Shown here piece after piece: positions 42,454 through 52,814 of a stretch of DNA of 64,000 bases. How positions within the stretch are numbered: the first letter of the stretch is position 1; every line of letters begins with the position of its first letter. The notes under the pieces are model-generated. The model saw only the letters and a program-made list of their open reading frames with translations. It did no database searches and had not been told where the DNA came from. The stretch is from NCBI GenBank assembly GCA_016124675.1, contig WGNG01000010.1, forward strand, positions 12,634 through 76,633, read 5' to 3'. Position numbers and translations under genes: made by a program. The DNA comes from Alphaproteobacteria bacterium. Lineage in GTDB: Bacteria > Pseudomonadota > Alphaproteobacteria > Caulobacterales > Maricaulaceae.

Positions 42454-45180
42454 ATGTCCCGCAAAATGCTGATCGACGCGGCCCACCCGGAAGAGACCCG
42501 GGTCGTGGTCGTGGAAAACAACCGCGTTGAAGAGTTCGACTTCGAATCCGCCTCCAGAAAGCCGATCCGCGGCAATATCTATCTCGCCAAGGTGACCCGC
42601 GTGGAGCCCTCGCTCCAGGCCGCTTTCGTCGAGTATGGCGGCAACAAGCACGGCTTTCTCGCCTTTAACGAAATCCACCCCGATTATTACCAGATCCCGC
42701 ACGCGGATCGCGAAGCCCTGCGCGCGCAGGAGGCTGAGTTCAGCGCCCAGATGGCGGATGAGGCCGCGGCGTCCAACCAGTCCGACGACGAGAGCGAGAC
42801 GGTCCAGGACGAGGACGATCTGCTGGACGAGGCCTCGCGCCGGCGCCGCAATCTGCTGCGCAAGTACAAAATCCAGGAAGTCATCAAGCGCCGCCAGGTG
42901 CTGCTGGTCCAGGTCGCCAAGGAAGAGCGCGGCAACAAGGGCGCGGCGCTCACCACCTATCTCAGCCTCGCCGGACGGTATTGCGTGCTGATGCCCAACA
43001 CCGCGCGCGGCGGCGGCATCTCGCGCAAGATCACCAATGCGCCCGACCGCAAGCGTCTGAAATCGGCTGTGTCTGAACTCTCCGTGCCGCTGGGCATGGG
43101 GCTGATCATCCGCACCGCCGGCGCCTCGCGCACCAAGACCGAGATCAAGCGCGACTACGAGTATCTGATCCGCCTGTGGGAAAACATCCGCGAGACCACG
43201 CTGAGCTCCATGGCGCCCTCCCTGATCTACGAGGAAGGCAATCTGGTCAAGCGCACGATCCGCGACATGTACGACAAGGACATCGACGAGGTCCTGGTCG
43301 AAGGCGAGGAAGCGTACAAGGAGGCCAAGGCCTTCATGCGCATGCTCATGCCCAGCCACGCCAAGAAAGTGCAGCACTACAGCGAGGATGCGCCGCTCTT
43401 CCTGCGCCACCAGGTGGAAAGCCAGCTTGAAGCGATCCACTCGCCCACCGCCCAGCTCAAGTCAGGCGGGTATATCGTCATCAACCCGACCGAGGCGCTG
43501 GTCGCCATCGACGTGAACTCGGGCAAGTCGACGAAAGAGCGCGGCATCGAGCAGACCGCTCACCGCACCAATATGGAGGCCGCTGAGGAAGCCGCACGCC
43601 AGATGCGGCTGCGCGATCTGGCCGGCCTCATCGTCATCGACTTCATCGACATGGACGAAAGCAAGAATGTTCGCGCCGTCGAGAAGAAGATGAAGGATGC
43701 GCTGGCGCGCGACCGGGCGCGCCTGCAGGTGGGGCGCATCTCCCAGTTCGGCCTGATGGAAATGTCACGTCAGCGCCGTCGCACCTCGCTGGTGGAAGGC
43801 TCCACCGATATCTGCCCGCATTGCTCGGGCACGGGCTATATCCGCTCGGTGGAATCCAGCGCGCTGGTCGTGATGCGCACGCTGGAGGAGGAAGGCGTGC
43901 GCGGGCGTTCGGCCCATGTGCGCCTGAACTGCCCGACGGAGGTGGCGCTCTACGTGCTCAATGAAAAGCGCGACCATCTGCACTCGGTTGAACAGCGCTA
44001 TGCCATGCGCGTGACCATCAAGGCGGACGATTCGCTGATGCGCCCGGCCTGCGCGCTGGAGCGGCTGGAAGCCGCCGCCGAAGGCGCGCGTCCGATGAAG
44101 GCGCGTCCGGCCCCGGTGAGCAAGGTGGACGCCGCAGCGGAAGCCGCTCTGGACGCCGCCGCCGAGGCGGCTGCAGCGGAGGCTGAAGAGGCGGACGCGG
44201 ACGGCGAGCACGATGTCGACGCTGCACCGGCCCCGCGTCCGGCCAGAAAGGCGCCGGAGGGGCCCGCCGCCGCCGCTGCCCCTGCGCCGCGCCCGGCCGC
44301 CGCTGAAACCACGGCCGAGAGCGAAGAGAATGCCCGCAAGCGCCGCCGCCGCGGCCGCCGGGGCGGCCGCAACCGCAAGCGCCGCGACGAGGCCGGGTTC
44401 GAGACCGAAACCGGCGCCGACAACCGTTCGGGCGGCCTCGATGACGGCGCCGGCGCCACGGACGGCGCCGATGTGCTCCCCGTCGTCGAGCCCACGGGCG
44501 GCGACAATTTCGGGTCTGGCGAGGCGCCGCCGCGCCGCACCCGGCCGGCCCGCCGCCGCCGGGGCGCCGGTTCCGGCGAGCGCGCTGAGCCGGACGCGCC
44601 AGCCGCCGGCGATGCGCCGGCCGATGCGCCGTCGCAGGGCGTTGACGCCGAAGCGCCCGCCATCGCGGCTGACGATGGCGGCGCCGAAACGGCGGCGCCC
44701 AAGCGCCGCCGCCGCAAGACGTCCGCCTCTGCTGAGGCCAACGCTGACGCGGCGGCCGTAACCGCTGCGCCCGCTGCCGCTGCCGTTGACGCCAACGCTG
44801 ACGCCGCCCCGCCCGAGCCTGCGCCCGCCAAGACGCCGCGCACACGCGGCCGGCGCAAGGCGGCGCCCGCCGCCGGGGCTGAAGCCGGGACAGAGGCCGC
44901 CGTTTCGGCTGAACCGGAGGCGCAGGCCGCCAAGCCTGACGAGGCCGAAGCGCCTGCAGCCAAAGCCAAGCCGGCCCGCACCCGGCGCAAACCTGCCGCG
45001 AAGGCGCAGCCCGGCGTGGCGCAAGAGGCTGACGCCCGGCCGGAGACCGGCGGGGCGCCTGACAGGCCCGCAGAAGCTGAGGCTGAGGCTGAGGCTGAGG
45101 CGCAGCCCGAGCCCCAGCCCGAGGCGCCTCGCAAGGCCGGCTGGTGGTCGCGCTCCAGCAAGATACTGGGTCTGAAGTAA
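42454..45180 (+). CDS. rne: ribonuclease E
   Basis: ORF 42424..45180, start at MSRKMLIDAAHPEETRVVVVENNRVEEFDFE. S1 domain GNIYLAKVTRVEPSLQAAFVEYG, catalytic core ALVAIDVNSG, Zn-link CPHCSGTG. Arg/Ala/Pro/Glu-rich scaffold tail. Confidence 0.94.
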   Translation: MSRKMLIDAAHPEETRVVVVENNRVEEFDFESASRKPIRGNIYLAKVTRVEPSLQAAFVEYGGNKHGFLAFNEIHPDYYQIPHADREALRAQEAEFSAQMADEAAASNQSDDESETVQDEDDLLDEASRRRRNLLRKYKIQEVIKRRQVLLVQVAKEERGNKGAALTTYLSLAGRYCVLMPNTARGGGISRKITNAPDRKRLKSAVSELSVPLGMGLIIRTAGASRTKTEIKRDYEYLIRLWENIRETTLSSMAPSLIYEEGNLVKRTIRDMYDKDIDEVLVEGEEAYKEAKAFMRMLMPSHAKKVQHYSEDAPLFLRHQVESQLEAIHSPTAQLKSGGYIVINPTEALVAIDVNSGKSTKERGIEQTAHRTNMEAAEEAARQMRLRDLAGLIVIDFIDMDESKNVRAVEKKMKDALARDRARLQVGRISQFGLMEMSRQRRRTSLVEGSTDICPHCSGTGYIRSVESSALVVMRTLEEEGVRGRSAHVRLNCPTEVALYVLNEKRDHLHSVEQRYAMRVTIKADDSLMRPACALERLEAAAEGARPMKARPAPVSKVDAAAEAALDAAAEAAAAEAEEADADGEHDVDAAPAPRPARKAPEGPAAAAAPAPRPAAAETTAESEENARKRRRRGRRGGRNRKRRDEAGFETETGADNRSGGLDDGAGATDGADVLPVVEPTGGDNFGSGEAPPRRTRPARRRRGAGSGERAEPDAPAAGDAPADAPSQGVDAEAPAIAADDGGAETAAPKRRRRKTSASAEANADAAAVTAAPAAAAVDANADAAPPEPAPAKTPRTRGRRKAAPAAGAEAGTEAAVSAEPEAQAAKPDEAEAPAAKAKPARTRRKPAAKAQPGVAQEADARPETGGAPDRPAEAEAEAEAEAQPEPQPEAPRKAGWWSRSSKILGLK
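45076..45099 (+). repeat. (GCTGAG)4 hexanucleotide tandem repeat encoding (AE)4 in the RNase E tail
   Basis: gctgaggctgaggctgaggctgag read directly. Confidence 0.85.
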
Positions 45181-45191
45181 CGATCATGAGA

Positions 45192-45218
45192 GCGGCGCGC
45201 CCGCACTAGGCGCGCCGC
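45192..45218 (+). terminator. 10-bp perfect GC hairpin 12 nt after the rne stop (no U-tract)
   Basis: gcggcgcgcc-cgcacta-ggcgcgccgc. Confidence 0.4.
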
Positions 45219-45284
45219 CTCATATCCGTCTAGATTGCCTTGAAGATCGCTGAGGGGTCAGCCAGAGGGGGAGGGAGAAACGCC

Positions 45285-46685
45285 TTGCCCATAATCTCAT
45301 TCCTGCGCCGGACGGCTGCGGCTTGCGCCGCGCTTGCGCTGGCTTCAGCCCCCGCCCTCGCCCAGGGCCTTGTGCGAGACGCCGAAATCGAAGCGGTGAT
45401 GCGCGCTTATTCCGACCCGCTCATTGAAGCGGCGGGCCTCAATGTCAATTCGGTGGACATCTATCTGGTTGGCGACATGGAGTTCAACGCGTTCGTCACG
45501 CGTGGACAGAACGTGTTCCTGAACACCGGCCTGATCGTCGTTGCGCAGACGCCCAACGAGATCAAGGGCGTGATCGCCCACGAGATCGGCCATATCGAGG
45601 GCGCCCATCTGGTGCGCATGCAGCAGGCCGAGCGCAGCGCCATGGCCGCCATGGCCGCCGCCATCGGGGTGGGCATCATCGCCGCGCTCGCGGGCGCCGG
45701 CGATGCGGGCGCGGCCATCATCGCCTCCTCGCCCCAGTTCGCCACGCTGGACTTCATGACCTATACGCGCTCCCAGGAGGCCGCCGCCGACCAGGCCGCC
45801 GTGCGCTTCATGACCGCCACCGGACAGTCCGCGCGCGGCCTGGTGAGCACATTCGAGCGGCTGGCGCACCAGGAACGCCTGTCCTTCCAGCGCCGCTGGC
45901 AGTATTTCCGCTCCCACCCGCTGTCCTCGGACCGGATCGAGGCGCTGCGCCGCAATGTCGAAGCCTCTCCTTATGCCGACGTTCCCGACACCGACGAGGA
46001 GATCGAGACGCTGCGGCGCATCCAGGCCAAGATCATCGGCTTCATGGCGCCGCCCTCCCAGACCTTCGAGCGCTATCCTGAAAGCGACACCTCCATCCCG
46101 GCGCGCTATGCGCGCGCGGTGGCGTATTACAAGCAGGGCCTGATGGCCCGGGCCGAGGAGGAGGTGCTCACCCTGATCGCGGACGAGCCGGACAATCCCT
46201 ATTTCCATGAGCTGCACGGCCAGATGCTGTTTGAAAGCGGTCAAATCGACCGCGCGATCGCACCCTATCGCCGCTCGCTGGAGCTCGCCGAACGCCAGCC
46301 CCTCTTGCAGATCGGGCTCGCGACCGCTCTGATCGCCTCGGGTGATGAGGCGTCTGTCAACGAGGCGCTGATGCTGCTGACACAGGCGCTCGTGGCCGAG
46401 CCGGACAACGCATTCGGCTGGTTCCAGAAATCCCTCGCCCACACCGCCCTTGGCGACCTGGCCATGGCCGAGCTCGCCACCGCCGAGCGCTATTTCGCTG
46501 TGGGCGATTCCATGCATGCGCACCTGTTTGCACGGCGCGCGCACGAGCGGCTGGAGCGCGGCGCCGAGGCGTGGATTCGGTCGGCCGAACTGCTATACGC
46601 CACCGAGCCGACCGCGCGCGAGGTCCGCGAGTGGAACCGGCGCGAACAAACCCGTCCGAACTTCGCCGGACTGCGATTTAACTGA
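45285..46685 (+). CDS. M48 family metallopeptidase with C-terminal TPR region (BepA-like), signal peptide
   Basis: ORF 45240..46685. TTG 45285 lies 7 nt after GGAGGGAG. Signal AAACAALALASAPALAQG; zinc motif HEIGHIEGAH. Confidence 0.8.
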   Translation: MPIISFLRRTAAACAALALASAPALAQGLVRDAEIEAVMRAYSDPLIEAAGLNVNSVDIYLVGDMEFNAFVTRGQNVFLNTGLIVVAQTPNEIKGVIAHEIGHIEGAHLVRMQQAERSAMAAMAAAIGVGIIAALAGAGDAGAAIIASSPQFATLDFMTYTRSQEAAADQAAVRFMTATGQSARGLVSTFERLAHQERLSFQRRWQYFRSHPLSSDRIEALRRNVEASPYADVPDTDEEIETLRRIQAKIIGFMAPPSQTFERYPESDTSIPARYARAVAYYKQGLMARAEEEVLTLIADEPDNPYFHELHGQMLFESGQIDRAIAPYRRSLELAERQPLLQIGLATALIASGDEASVNEALMLLTQALVAEPDNAFGWFQKSLAHTALGDLAMAELATAERYFAVGDSMHAHLFARRAHERLERGAEAWIRSAELLYATEPTAREVREWNRREQTRPNFAGLRFN

Positions 46686-46701
46686 TTTGACTGGAGAGTT
46701 C

Positions 46702-47469
46702 ATGATCCGTCTCCTCGCCGCCAGTGCGATGGCCGTCCTGATGACCGGCTGCAGCCAGGCCGCCGATCCCGAGCGCGACCGCGCCGAGATTGAAACGATT
46801 GTGCGCGAGTACATCGTGGCCAATCCCGAGCTGATCGAGGACGCGCTGGTGGAGCTGCGCCGCCGCGCCGAAGCGCGCGAGACCCGGCAATTGCGCGACG
46901 CGGCCTCGGCGCTGTCGGATTCCCTGTTCGCCGATGCGCGCGACCCGTTCATCGGCGCATCCGGCGCCATCGTCACCGTGGTGGAGTTCACCGATTACGC
47001 CTGCGGCTTCTGCAAGACCGCCAATGAGTGGAAGCAGATGATGCTCGCGCTGTATCCCGGTCAGGTGCGGTTCGTGCACAAGACCCTGCCCCTGCGCGGC
47101 CAGTCGTCCGAGATGTCGGCGCTCGCCGCCCTGTCGGTGTGGGAGAGCCAGCCCGGCGTCTATGGCGCCTTCCATCAGGGTCTGATGGCCCATCGCGGCG
47201 AGATGGACCCGGCAGTGCTGGACGAGATCGCCACCGAGGCGGGCGTGGATGTCGAGGCCATGCGCGCGGGCATGCTCAGCCCTGCCGTGGAAGGCCATCT
47301 CGAACGCGCCTTCGAGCTCGCCAATCAGCTTGGCCTGCGCGGCACGCCCATGTTCCTGTTCCCGGGCGACGTGGTCATTCCCGGCTACGCCCCGCCCGAG
47401 ATGACGGCGGCGCTTGAAGCGGCGCTGGCGGCGGCCGGCGCAACGCCAGACGCCGAGGCCGACCTATAG
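46702..47469 (+). CDS. DsbA-family thiol:disulfide oxidoreductase lipoprotein
   Basis: Internal ATG 46702 of ORF 46450..47469 (GGAGAG RBS). Lipobox LMTGCS; active site YACGFC; RGTPMF cis-Pro loop. Confidence 0.8.
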   Translation: MIRLLAASAMAVLMTGCSQAADPERDRAEIETIVREYIVANPELIEDALVELRRRAEARETRQLRDAASALSDSLFADARDPFIGASGAIVTVVEFTDYACGFCKTANEWKQMMLALYPGQVRFVHKTLPLRGQSSEMSALAALSVWESQPGVYGAFHQGLMAHRGEMDPAVLDEIATEAGVDVEAMRAGMLSPAVEGHLERAFELANQLGLRGTPMFLFPGDVVIPGYAPPEMTAALEAALAAAGATPDAEADL

Positions 47470-47922
47470 ATCCCTGTGCAGGAACTGGTTGAAGGGGCTC
47501 TCGGCATAGCCGCCGAACGCCTCGCCGCTGGCAAAGCCCCGCTTGCGGTACAGCGCCAGCGACGGCTCGAACGCCGGCCCGCTGCCCGTCTCCAGGCTGA
47601 GCCGGCGCCAGCCGCGCGCGCGCGCCGCGCCGATGATGTGATCGAGCAGCGCTGACCCCACCCCCTGACGCAAATGGTCGGGGTGGGTGCGCATCGACTT
47701 GATCTCGCCGTGATCGGCGCCAAGGCTTTTCAGCGCGCCGACGCCCGCGATGCGCTCGCCCCGCCACGCGGTCCACACCGTGACCTGCGGCGTCTTGAGC
47801 CCAGACAGGTCCAGCGCATGCACCGTTCCAGGCGGCGAGCTGGCGTGCATGCCTTCGAGATGCAGCGCCAGCAAGGCCTGGGTCTGCGCGCCGGAAAGGT
47901 CGTCTTCTCGAATGTTGATCAT
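47464..47922 (-). CDS. GNAT family N-acetyltransferase
   Basis: ORF 47464..48009 trimmed to MINIREDDLSG. Acetyl-CoA motif RQGVGSALLDHIIGAARARG; YRKRGF. Confidence 0.8.
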   Translation of the reverse strand: MINIREDDLSGAQTQALLALHLEGMHASSPPGTVHALDLSGLKTPQVTVWTAWRGERIAGVGALKSLGADHGEIKSMRTHPDHLRQGVGSALLDHIIGAARARGWRRLSLETGSGPAFEPSLALYRKRGFASGEAFGGYAESPFNQFLHRDL

Positions 47923-48055
47923 GGGGTGCGCCTCGCTGGAGGCGTCATCATCCATCACGGACACGCAATCGCGCAATCCTCCGCCGCCCGGATGCGAAAG
48001 GCGCCTCATCTTTCCCTCCCCTTGATGGCGAGGGAAGACGGCCTGCGCGAACCCC

Positions 48056-48868
48056 CTAGATCAACCCGCCCAGCGGGCTGGACGGATCGGCATAGAGCTT
48101 CTTGCGCATCCGGCCGGCCAGATACGCCTCGCGCCCGGCAATGACAGCATGCTTCATCGCACGCGCCATGCGCACCGGGTCGCGGGCTTCGGCGATGGCG
48201 GTGTTCATCAGCACTCCGCCGCAGCCAAGCTCCATGGCGATGGCGGCGTCCGAGGCCGTGCCTACGCCGGCATCCACGATCACCGGCACCCTGGCCGCTT
48301 CGATGATCAGGCGGATATTCACCGGGTTCTGGATGCCCAGGCCCGACCCGATCGGGGCGCCCAGCGGCATGATCGCGCACGCCCCGGCATCCTCCAGCTT
48401 GCGCGCATAGACCGGGTCGTCGGAGCAATACACCATCACATCAAACCCCTCCTTGACCAGCATGTCGGTGGCGCGCAGCGTCTCGGCCATGTCGGGATAG
48501 AGGTGTTTGGGATCGGACAGCACTTCCAGCTTGACCAGCGACCAGCCGCCCGCCGCGCGCGCCAGGCGCAGCGTGCGCACGGCGTCCTCGCCGGTGAAGC
48601 AGCCGGCCGTATTGGGCAGGAAGATGTATTTCTCAGGATCGATGAAATCGACCAGGCGCGGCTGGGACGGGTCGGCCAGGTTCACCCGGCGCATCGCCAC
48701 GGTGATCATCTGCGCCCCGGACGCCTCCAGCGCGCGGGCATTCTGTTCATAGCTTTCATACTTGCCCGTACCGATGATCAGGCGCGAGGACAACGTGCGT
48801 CCCGCCACCACCAGAGGGGCGTCAACGGGGGCGGCGGCAGAAGGCGTGGAGACAGGGTTCTGGGTCAT
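48056..48868 (-). CDS. thiG: thiazole synthase
   Basis: 270 aa: [45 protein letters not shown]. Confidence 0.95.
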   Translation of the reverse strand: MTQNPVSTPSAAAPVDAPLVVAGRTLSSRLIIGTGKYESYEQNARALEASGAQMITVAMRRVNLADPSQPRLVDFIDPEKYIFLPNTAGCFTGEDAVRTLRLARAAGGWSLVKLEVLSDPKHLYPDMAETLRATDMLVKEGFDVMVYCSDDPVYARKLEDAGACAIMPLGAPIGSGLGIQNPVNIRLIIEAARVPVIVDAGVGTASDAAIAMELGCGGVLMNTAIAEARDPVRMARAMKHAVIAGREAYLAGRMRKKLYADPSSPLGGLI

Positions 48869-48966
48869 GGGTCCGTTCTAGCGCCGGGGCGCCGGGGCGT
48901 CATCCATCTGGCGCGGCGCGGTGCAGTGGGGCAAGATCGGCTCCGCTCAGCAAGGGGGAGACGGCC

Positions 48967-49152
48967 ATGCACCCATCCAAGATCGCCGCCAGTCTTATTC
49001 TGGCAATCGTCGGGCTCCTGAACTGGGGCTATGCCGCCCTGCGCACGTTTGACGGCGCGCCGGTTGAAGACAGCCTGCCATTGATCACAGGCGGCCTGGT
49101 CTGCTTCGCCCTGATCGTGGTGTTCGCCGCCCAGGGCCGCAAGAAGCCCTGA
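48967..49152 (+). CDS. small hypothetical membrane protein (61 aa, 2 TM)
   Basis: GGGGGAG RBS 6 nt before the ATG. KIAASLILAIVGLLNWGYAAL and LITGGLVCFALIVVFAA; basic C-terminus GRKKP. Confidence 0.45.
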   Translation: MHPSKIAASLILAIVGLLNWGYAALRTFDGAPVEDSLPLITGGLVCFALIVVFAAQGRKKP

Positions 49153-49176
49153 CGGCGCGGGGCGCCAGGATTGCGT

Positions 49177-49482
49177 CTACGCGCCCAGCGCCTCGGCCCA
49201 GAGTTCAAAGATCCGCCGGGCGTTGGCGGCTTTGAATACATACCCGGCGTCGCTATGGCGAAGCAGGCCTTTGAGCTCGGACGGGCTGGCCCGGTCCAGC
49301 AGGGCGCGAAGCACCGGCCTGAGGCCCTCCTGGTCTTCGGGATCAAGCCATTCAGCCGGCATGCGCGCGATGGCGGCATCAAAACTTCCCGCGCGCTCTA
49401 CGTCGTGCACGAAGTCCTGATGGAAGCCCGCCATCAGCGTTCGCAGGGCGGCGGGCGGATCGCGCAGGATGTTCGACGCCAT
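49177..49482 (-). CDS. contact-dependent-inhibition-type immunity protein-like (orphan)
   Basis: ORF 49177..49503, start taken at ATG 49482, 5 nt after the thiS stop. LRTLMAGFHQDF...FDAAIARM...EDQEGLRPVLRALLDRASPSELKGLL...ARRIFELWAEAL resembles the ~100-aa 'YFHQDW' CdiI-type immunity family (recollection, not searched). Confidence 0.5.
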   Translation of the reverse strand: MASNILRDPPAALRTLMAGFHQDFVHDVERAGSFDAAIARMPAEWLDPEDQEGLRPVLRALLDRASPSELKGLLRHSDAGYVFKAANARRIFELWAEALGA

Positions 49483-49486
49483 TGCC

Positions 49487-49696
49487 TCACCCGCCCCCGA
49501 CAAAGTGCACGATCTCCAGCCGGTCGCCCGCCTCGATGCCGATGGCGGCGTACTGGCCGCGCGGCGCGATCTCCAGATTGCGCTCCACCGCGACCTTGCG
49601 CGGATCCAGCTCCAGCGCCTCGAGAAGGCCGTCCAGCGTCAGCCCGGCGTCCACCTGACGCGTCTCCCCATTGAGCTTGATCGTGATCTTTGGCAT
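49487..49696 (-). CDS. thiS: sulfur carrier protein ThiS
   Basis: ORF 49487..49717 trimmed to MPKITIKLNGETRQV...LEIVHFVGGG. 69 aa, ends in the Gly-Gly required for thiocarboxylation. Confidence 0.85.
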   Translation of the reverse strand: MPKITIKLNGETRQVDAGLTLDGLLEALELDPRKVAVERNLEIAPRGQYAAIGIEAGDRLEIVHFVGGG

Positions 49697-49800
49697 GGCT
49701 GCTGCGCTCTGGGGCAAGGGTTTGCTTGTTCTTCCGCCCCTTCACGTCGTAAAACTGACGCCAGTCGTCAAGGCGCCCCGGCGCCCGGAGCCGGAACATC

Positions 49801-50274
49801 TTGCCAGACCTCAAGCCCGTCCATGTGCTCAACGGTCCCAATCTGAACCTGCTCGGGTCTCGCGAGCCGGAGATTTACGGGCGCGCCACGCTCGGTGATA
49901 TCGAGGCGCTGTGCCGCGAGGCGGGCGCCCGCCACGGCGTGGAGATCGTGTTCGAGCAGACCAATCATGAAGGCGCGCTTGTCGATCTGATCCAGCGGGC
50001 GGGGCGCGAGGCCAGCGCCATCGTCATCAACCCGGCTGCCTACACCCACACCTCGATCGCGCTTCTGGATGCGCTCAAGGGGGTGGACGTTCCGGCTGTG
50101 GAAGTGCATCTGTCGCAACCTGCTGCGCGCGAAGCGTTTCGTGCGCCGTCTTATGTCGCGCGCGCGGCGTCTGGCAGTATTTCCGGTTTCGGCCCCATGG
50201 GTTATGCCTTGGGGATCGAGGCTGCGGTGCAGCTGGCGCGCGCGCGCCAAAACCATCCAGTAAAGGGGAAGTGA
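49801..50274 (+). CDS. aroQ: type II 3-dehydroquinate dehydratase
   Basis: [46 protein letters not shown] start at 49801 (start uncertain). Confidence 0.92.
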   Translation: MPDLKPVHVLNGPNLNLLGSREPEIYGRATLGDIEALCREAGARHGVEIVFEQTNHEGALVDLIQRAGREASAIVINPAAYTHTSIALLDALKGVDVPAVEVHLSQPAAREAFRAPSYVARAASGSISGFGPMGYALGIEAAVQLARARQNHPVKGK

Positions 50275-50278
50275 GCTC

Positions 50279-50782
50279 ATGTCGTCCAACCCGTCCGGCC
50301 CGCAGGGCGATGCGAAGTTCGTCCGAGAACTGGCCAAAATCCTCAAGGATACCGATCTTACCGAGATCGAGGTGGAGCGCGGCGATCTCAAAATCCGCGT
50401 CGCGCGCGAGTTCCCGGCCGCCCCGGCGGTCCACTACGCCCCGGCCCCGGTGCAGCACGCCGCGCCGGCCCCGGCGCCGATGAGCGCGCCGGCTCCGGCC
50501 CTGGCGAGCACGCCCGAAGCGGTCGCCGTCGCCGACCCGAAAAGCCATCCCGGCGCGGTGAACTCACCCATGGTGGGCACCTGCTATTTGCGGCCCAGCC
50601 CTGACGCCGACGTGTTCAAGAAGCCCGGAGACGCGGTGAAGGAGGGCGAGACCATCCTGCTGATCGAGGCGATGAAGACCTTCAACCCGATTACCGCGCC
50701 CAAATCCGGCAAGCTGATTGATATCCTCGTGGCCGAGGCCCAGCCTGTCGAATACGGCGAGCCCCTTTTCATCATCGGCTGA
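50279..50782 (+). CDS. accB: acetyl-CoA carboxylase biotin carboxyl carrier protein
   Basis: 167 aa. Ala/Pro linker, biotinylation motif EAMKTFN. Confidence 0.93.
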   Translation: MSSNPSGPQGDAKFVRELAKILKDTDLTEIEVERGDLKIRVAREFPAAPAVHYAPAPVQHAAPAPAPMSAPAPALASTPEAVAVADPKSHPGAVNSPMVGTCYLRPSPDADVFKKPGDAVKEGETILLIEAMKTFNPITAPKSGKLIDILVAEAQPVEYGEPLFIIG

Positions 50783-50795
50783 GGCGGATCTGCGC

Positions 50796-52145
50796 ATGTT
50801 CGACAAGATCCTGATCGCCAACCGGGGCGAGATCGCCCTGCGCATCCACAGGGCCTGCCGTGAGATGGGCATCGCCACCGTGGCGGTGCACTCGGAAGCC
50901 GACGCCAACGCCATGCATGTGCGCCTGGCAGACGAAAGCGTGTGCATCGGTCCGCCGCCCGCCGGGCGCAGCTATCTGCACGTGCCCTCTATCATCGCAG
51001 CCGCCGAAGTCACCGGCGCCCAGGCGATCCACCCTGGCTATGGCTTTCTGTCGGAGAACGCGCGCTTTGCCGAGATCGTCGAGGCCCACGGCCTGACCTT
51101 CATCGGACCCCGGCCTGAAACCATCCGCCTGATGGGCGACAAGATCACCGCCAAACAGGCCGCCGTGGACGCCGGCATTCCCGTCGTGCCCGGCTCTGAC
51201 GGCGCCATCACCGATATGAGCGAGGCGCGAAAAGTCGCCAAGGCCATCGGTTTTCCCGTACTGATCAAGGCCGCAGCCGGCGGCGGCGGTCGTGGCATGA
51301 AGGTCGCCGAAAGCGAGGCCCATCTGGAATCGGCCCTGCAGACCGCCTCCTCCGAAGCCAAGGCCGCGTTCGGTGACGGCTCGGTCTATATCGAGAAATA
51401 TCTCGGCAAGCCCCGCCATATCGAGATCCAGGTCATGGCCGACGAGCATGGCCGTGTCATTCATCTGGGCGAGCGCGACTGCTCGCTGCAGCGCCGCCAC
51501 CAGAAGGTCCTGGAAGAAGCGCCCTCGGTCGCGCTTGACGCGGCTGCCCGCGCCAGGATCGGCGAGACCGTCACCAAGGCGGTCAGCGCCATCGGCTATC
51601 GCGGCGCGGGGACGGTTGAGTTCCTCTACGAGAATGGCGAGTTCTATTTCATCGAGATGAATACCCGCCTGCAGGTGGAGCATCCCGTCACCGAGGCGAT
51701 CACCGGCGTTGACCTCGTGCGTGAGCAGATCCTGGTCGCCGCCGGGCACGAGCTGGGCCTCACCCAGGACCAGGTTAAGATCAATGGTTGGTCCATCGAA
51801 TGCCGCATCAATGCGGAGAACCCCAACACCTTCACCCCTTCGCCGGGCAAGGTGACGGACTTCCATGCGCCCGGCGGTCTCGGCGTGCGCCTCGATTCGG
51901 CGCTGTATGCGGGTTACACGATCCCGCCCTATTACGACTCCATGATCGGCAAGCTGATCGTGCACGGGCGCGACCGCCAGGAGGCGCTGATGCGCCTCAA
52001 GCGTGCGCTGGGCGAAATGGTCGTGGGCGGTGTGGAGACCACCATTCCGCTGCACCAGGCGCTCTTGAACGAGCCCGCCTTCCTGGCGGGTGATTATCAC
52101 ATCCGCTGGCTGGAAAGCTGGCTGGCCGAACGCAACAAGGTCTAG
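50796..52145 (+). CDS. accC: acetyl-CoA carboxylase biotin carboxylase subunit
   Basis: Internal ATG 50796 of ORF 50718..52145: [26 protein letters not shown]..., [21 protein letters not shown]. Confidence 0.97.
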   Translation: MFDKILIANRGEIALRIHRACREMGIATVAVHSEADANAMHVRLADESVCIGPPPAGRSYLHVPSIIAAAEVTGAQAIHPGYGFLSENARFAEIVEAHGLTFIGPRPETIRLMGDKITAKQAAVDAGIPVVPGSDGAITDMSEARKVAKAIGFPVLIKAAAGGGGRGMKVAESEAHLESALQTASSEAKAAFGDGSVYIEKYLGKPRHIEIQVMADEHGRVIHLGERDCSLQRRHQKVLEEAPSVALDAAARARIGETVTKAVSAIGYRGAGTVEFLYENGEFYFIEMNTRLQVEHPVTEAITGVDLVREQILVAAGHELGLTQDQVKINGWSIECRINAENPNTFTPSPGKVTDFHAPGGLGVRLDSALYAGYTIPPYYDSMIGKLIVHGRDRQEALMRLKRALGEMVVGGVETTIPLHQALLNEPAFLAGDYHIRWLESWLAERNKV

Positions 52146-52163
52146 ACGGGGAAGGCCTGCGCC

Positions 52164-52814
52164 ATGCGCGGCTTCGGGGTCAGGGAATTGCTGGACTGTT
52201 ATGCGCGCGGCGCGTTTCCCATGGCGGAAACGCGCGACGACCCGCGCATATTCCTGCTCGAACCCGATGTGCGCGGCGTGCTGCCGCTGGACAGCTTCCA
52301 CATCCCGCGCAGCCTGCGCCGCACCGTGCGCCAGGACGTTTTCCACGTCACAGTGAATCGCTGCTTCGAGGCGGTCCTGCGCGGCTGCGCCGCGCCCGCC
52401 CCGGGCCGCGAGGACACCTGGATCAATGAGCGCATCGCCTCGCTCTACCTTGAGCTCCACGCCGCCGGCCACGCCCACTCGGTGGAATGCTGGCGCGACG
52501 GCGCCCTGGCGGGCGGGCTTTACGGAGTGAACCTCGGCGCGGCATTCTTTGGCGAAAGCATGTTCTCGCGCCAGACCGACGCGTCCAAGACGGCGCTCGT
52601 CCATCTGGTCGCACGGCTGAAAACCGGCGGGTTCGAGCTTCTCGACGCCCAGTTCCTCACCGCGCACCTGCAACGCTTCGGCGCGATCGCCACGCCGCGC
52701 GCGCGCTACAAGCTCATGCTGTCAAAGGCTGTGGCGCGGGAGGCCGATTTCTTCGCCCTGCCCGAAGGCCTGCCGGGCGCTCAGCTTCTGCAGTCGATGA
52801 CCCAGACGTCATAG
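52164..52814 (+). CDS. aat: leucyl/phenylalanyl-tRNA--protein transferase
   Basis: 216 aa: [45 protein letters not shown]. Confidence 0.9.
   Translation: MRGFGVRELLDCYARGAFPMAETRDDPRIFLLEPDVRGVLPLDSFHIPRSLRRTVRQDVFHVTVNRCFEAVLRGCAAPAPGREDTWINERIASLYLELHAAGHAHSVECWRDGALAGGLYGVNLGAAFFGESMFSRQTDASKTALVHLVARLKTGGFELLDAQFLTAHLQRFGAIATPRARYKLMLSKAVAREADFFALPEGLPGAQLLQSMTQTS

Noticed and set aside
48009-48055. Hairpin TTCCCTC-N11-GAGGGAA between thiG and the GNAT gene
   Set aside because: It has a 7-bp stem, an 11-nt loop and no U-tract on the transcribed (minus) strand, which is too weak to call a terminator.
49697-49800. Expected TPP (THI-box) riboswitch upstream of thiS
   Set aside because: The reverse-strand sequence of the thiS-aroQ gap contains neither the CUGAGA nor the ACCUGAUCUGGAUAAUGCCAGCG-like conserved cores. 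No riboswitch can be supported.
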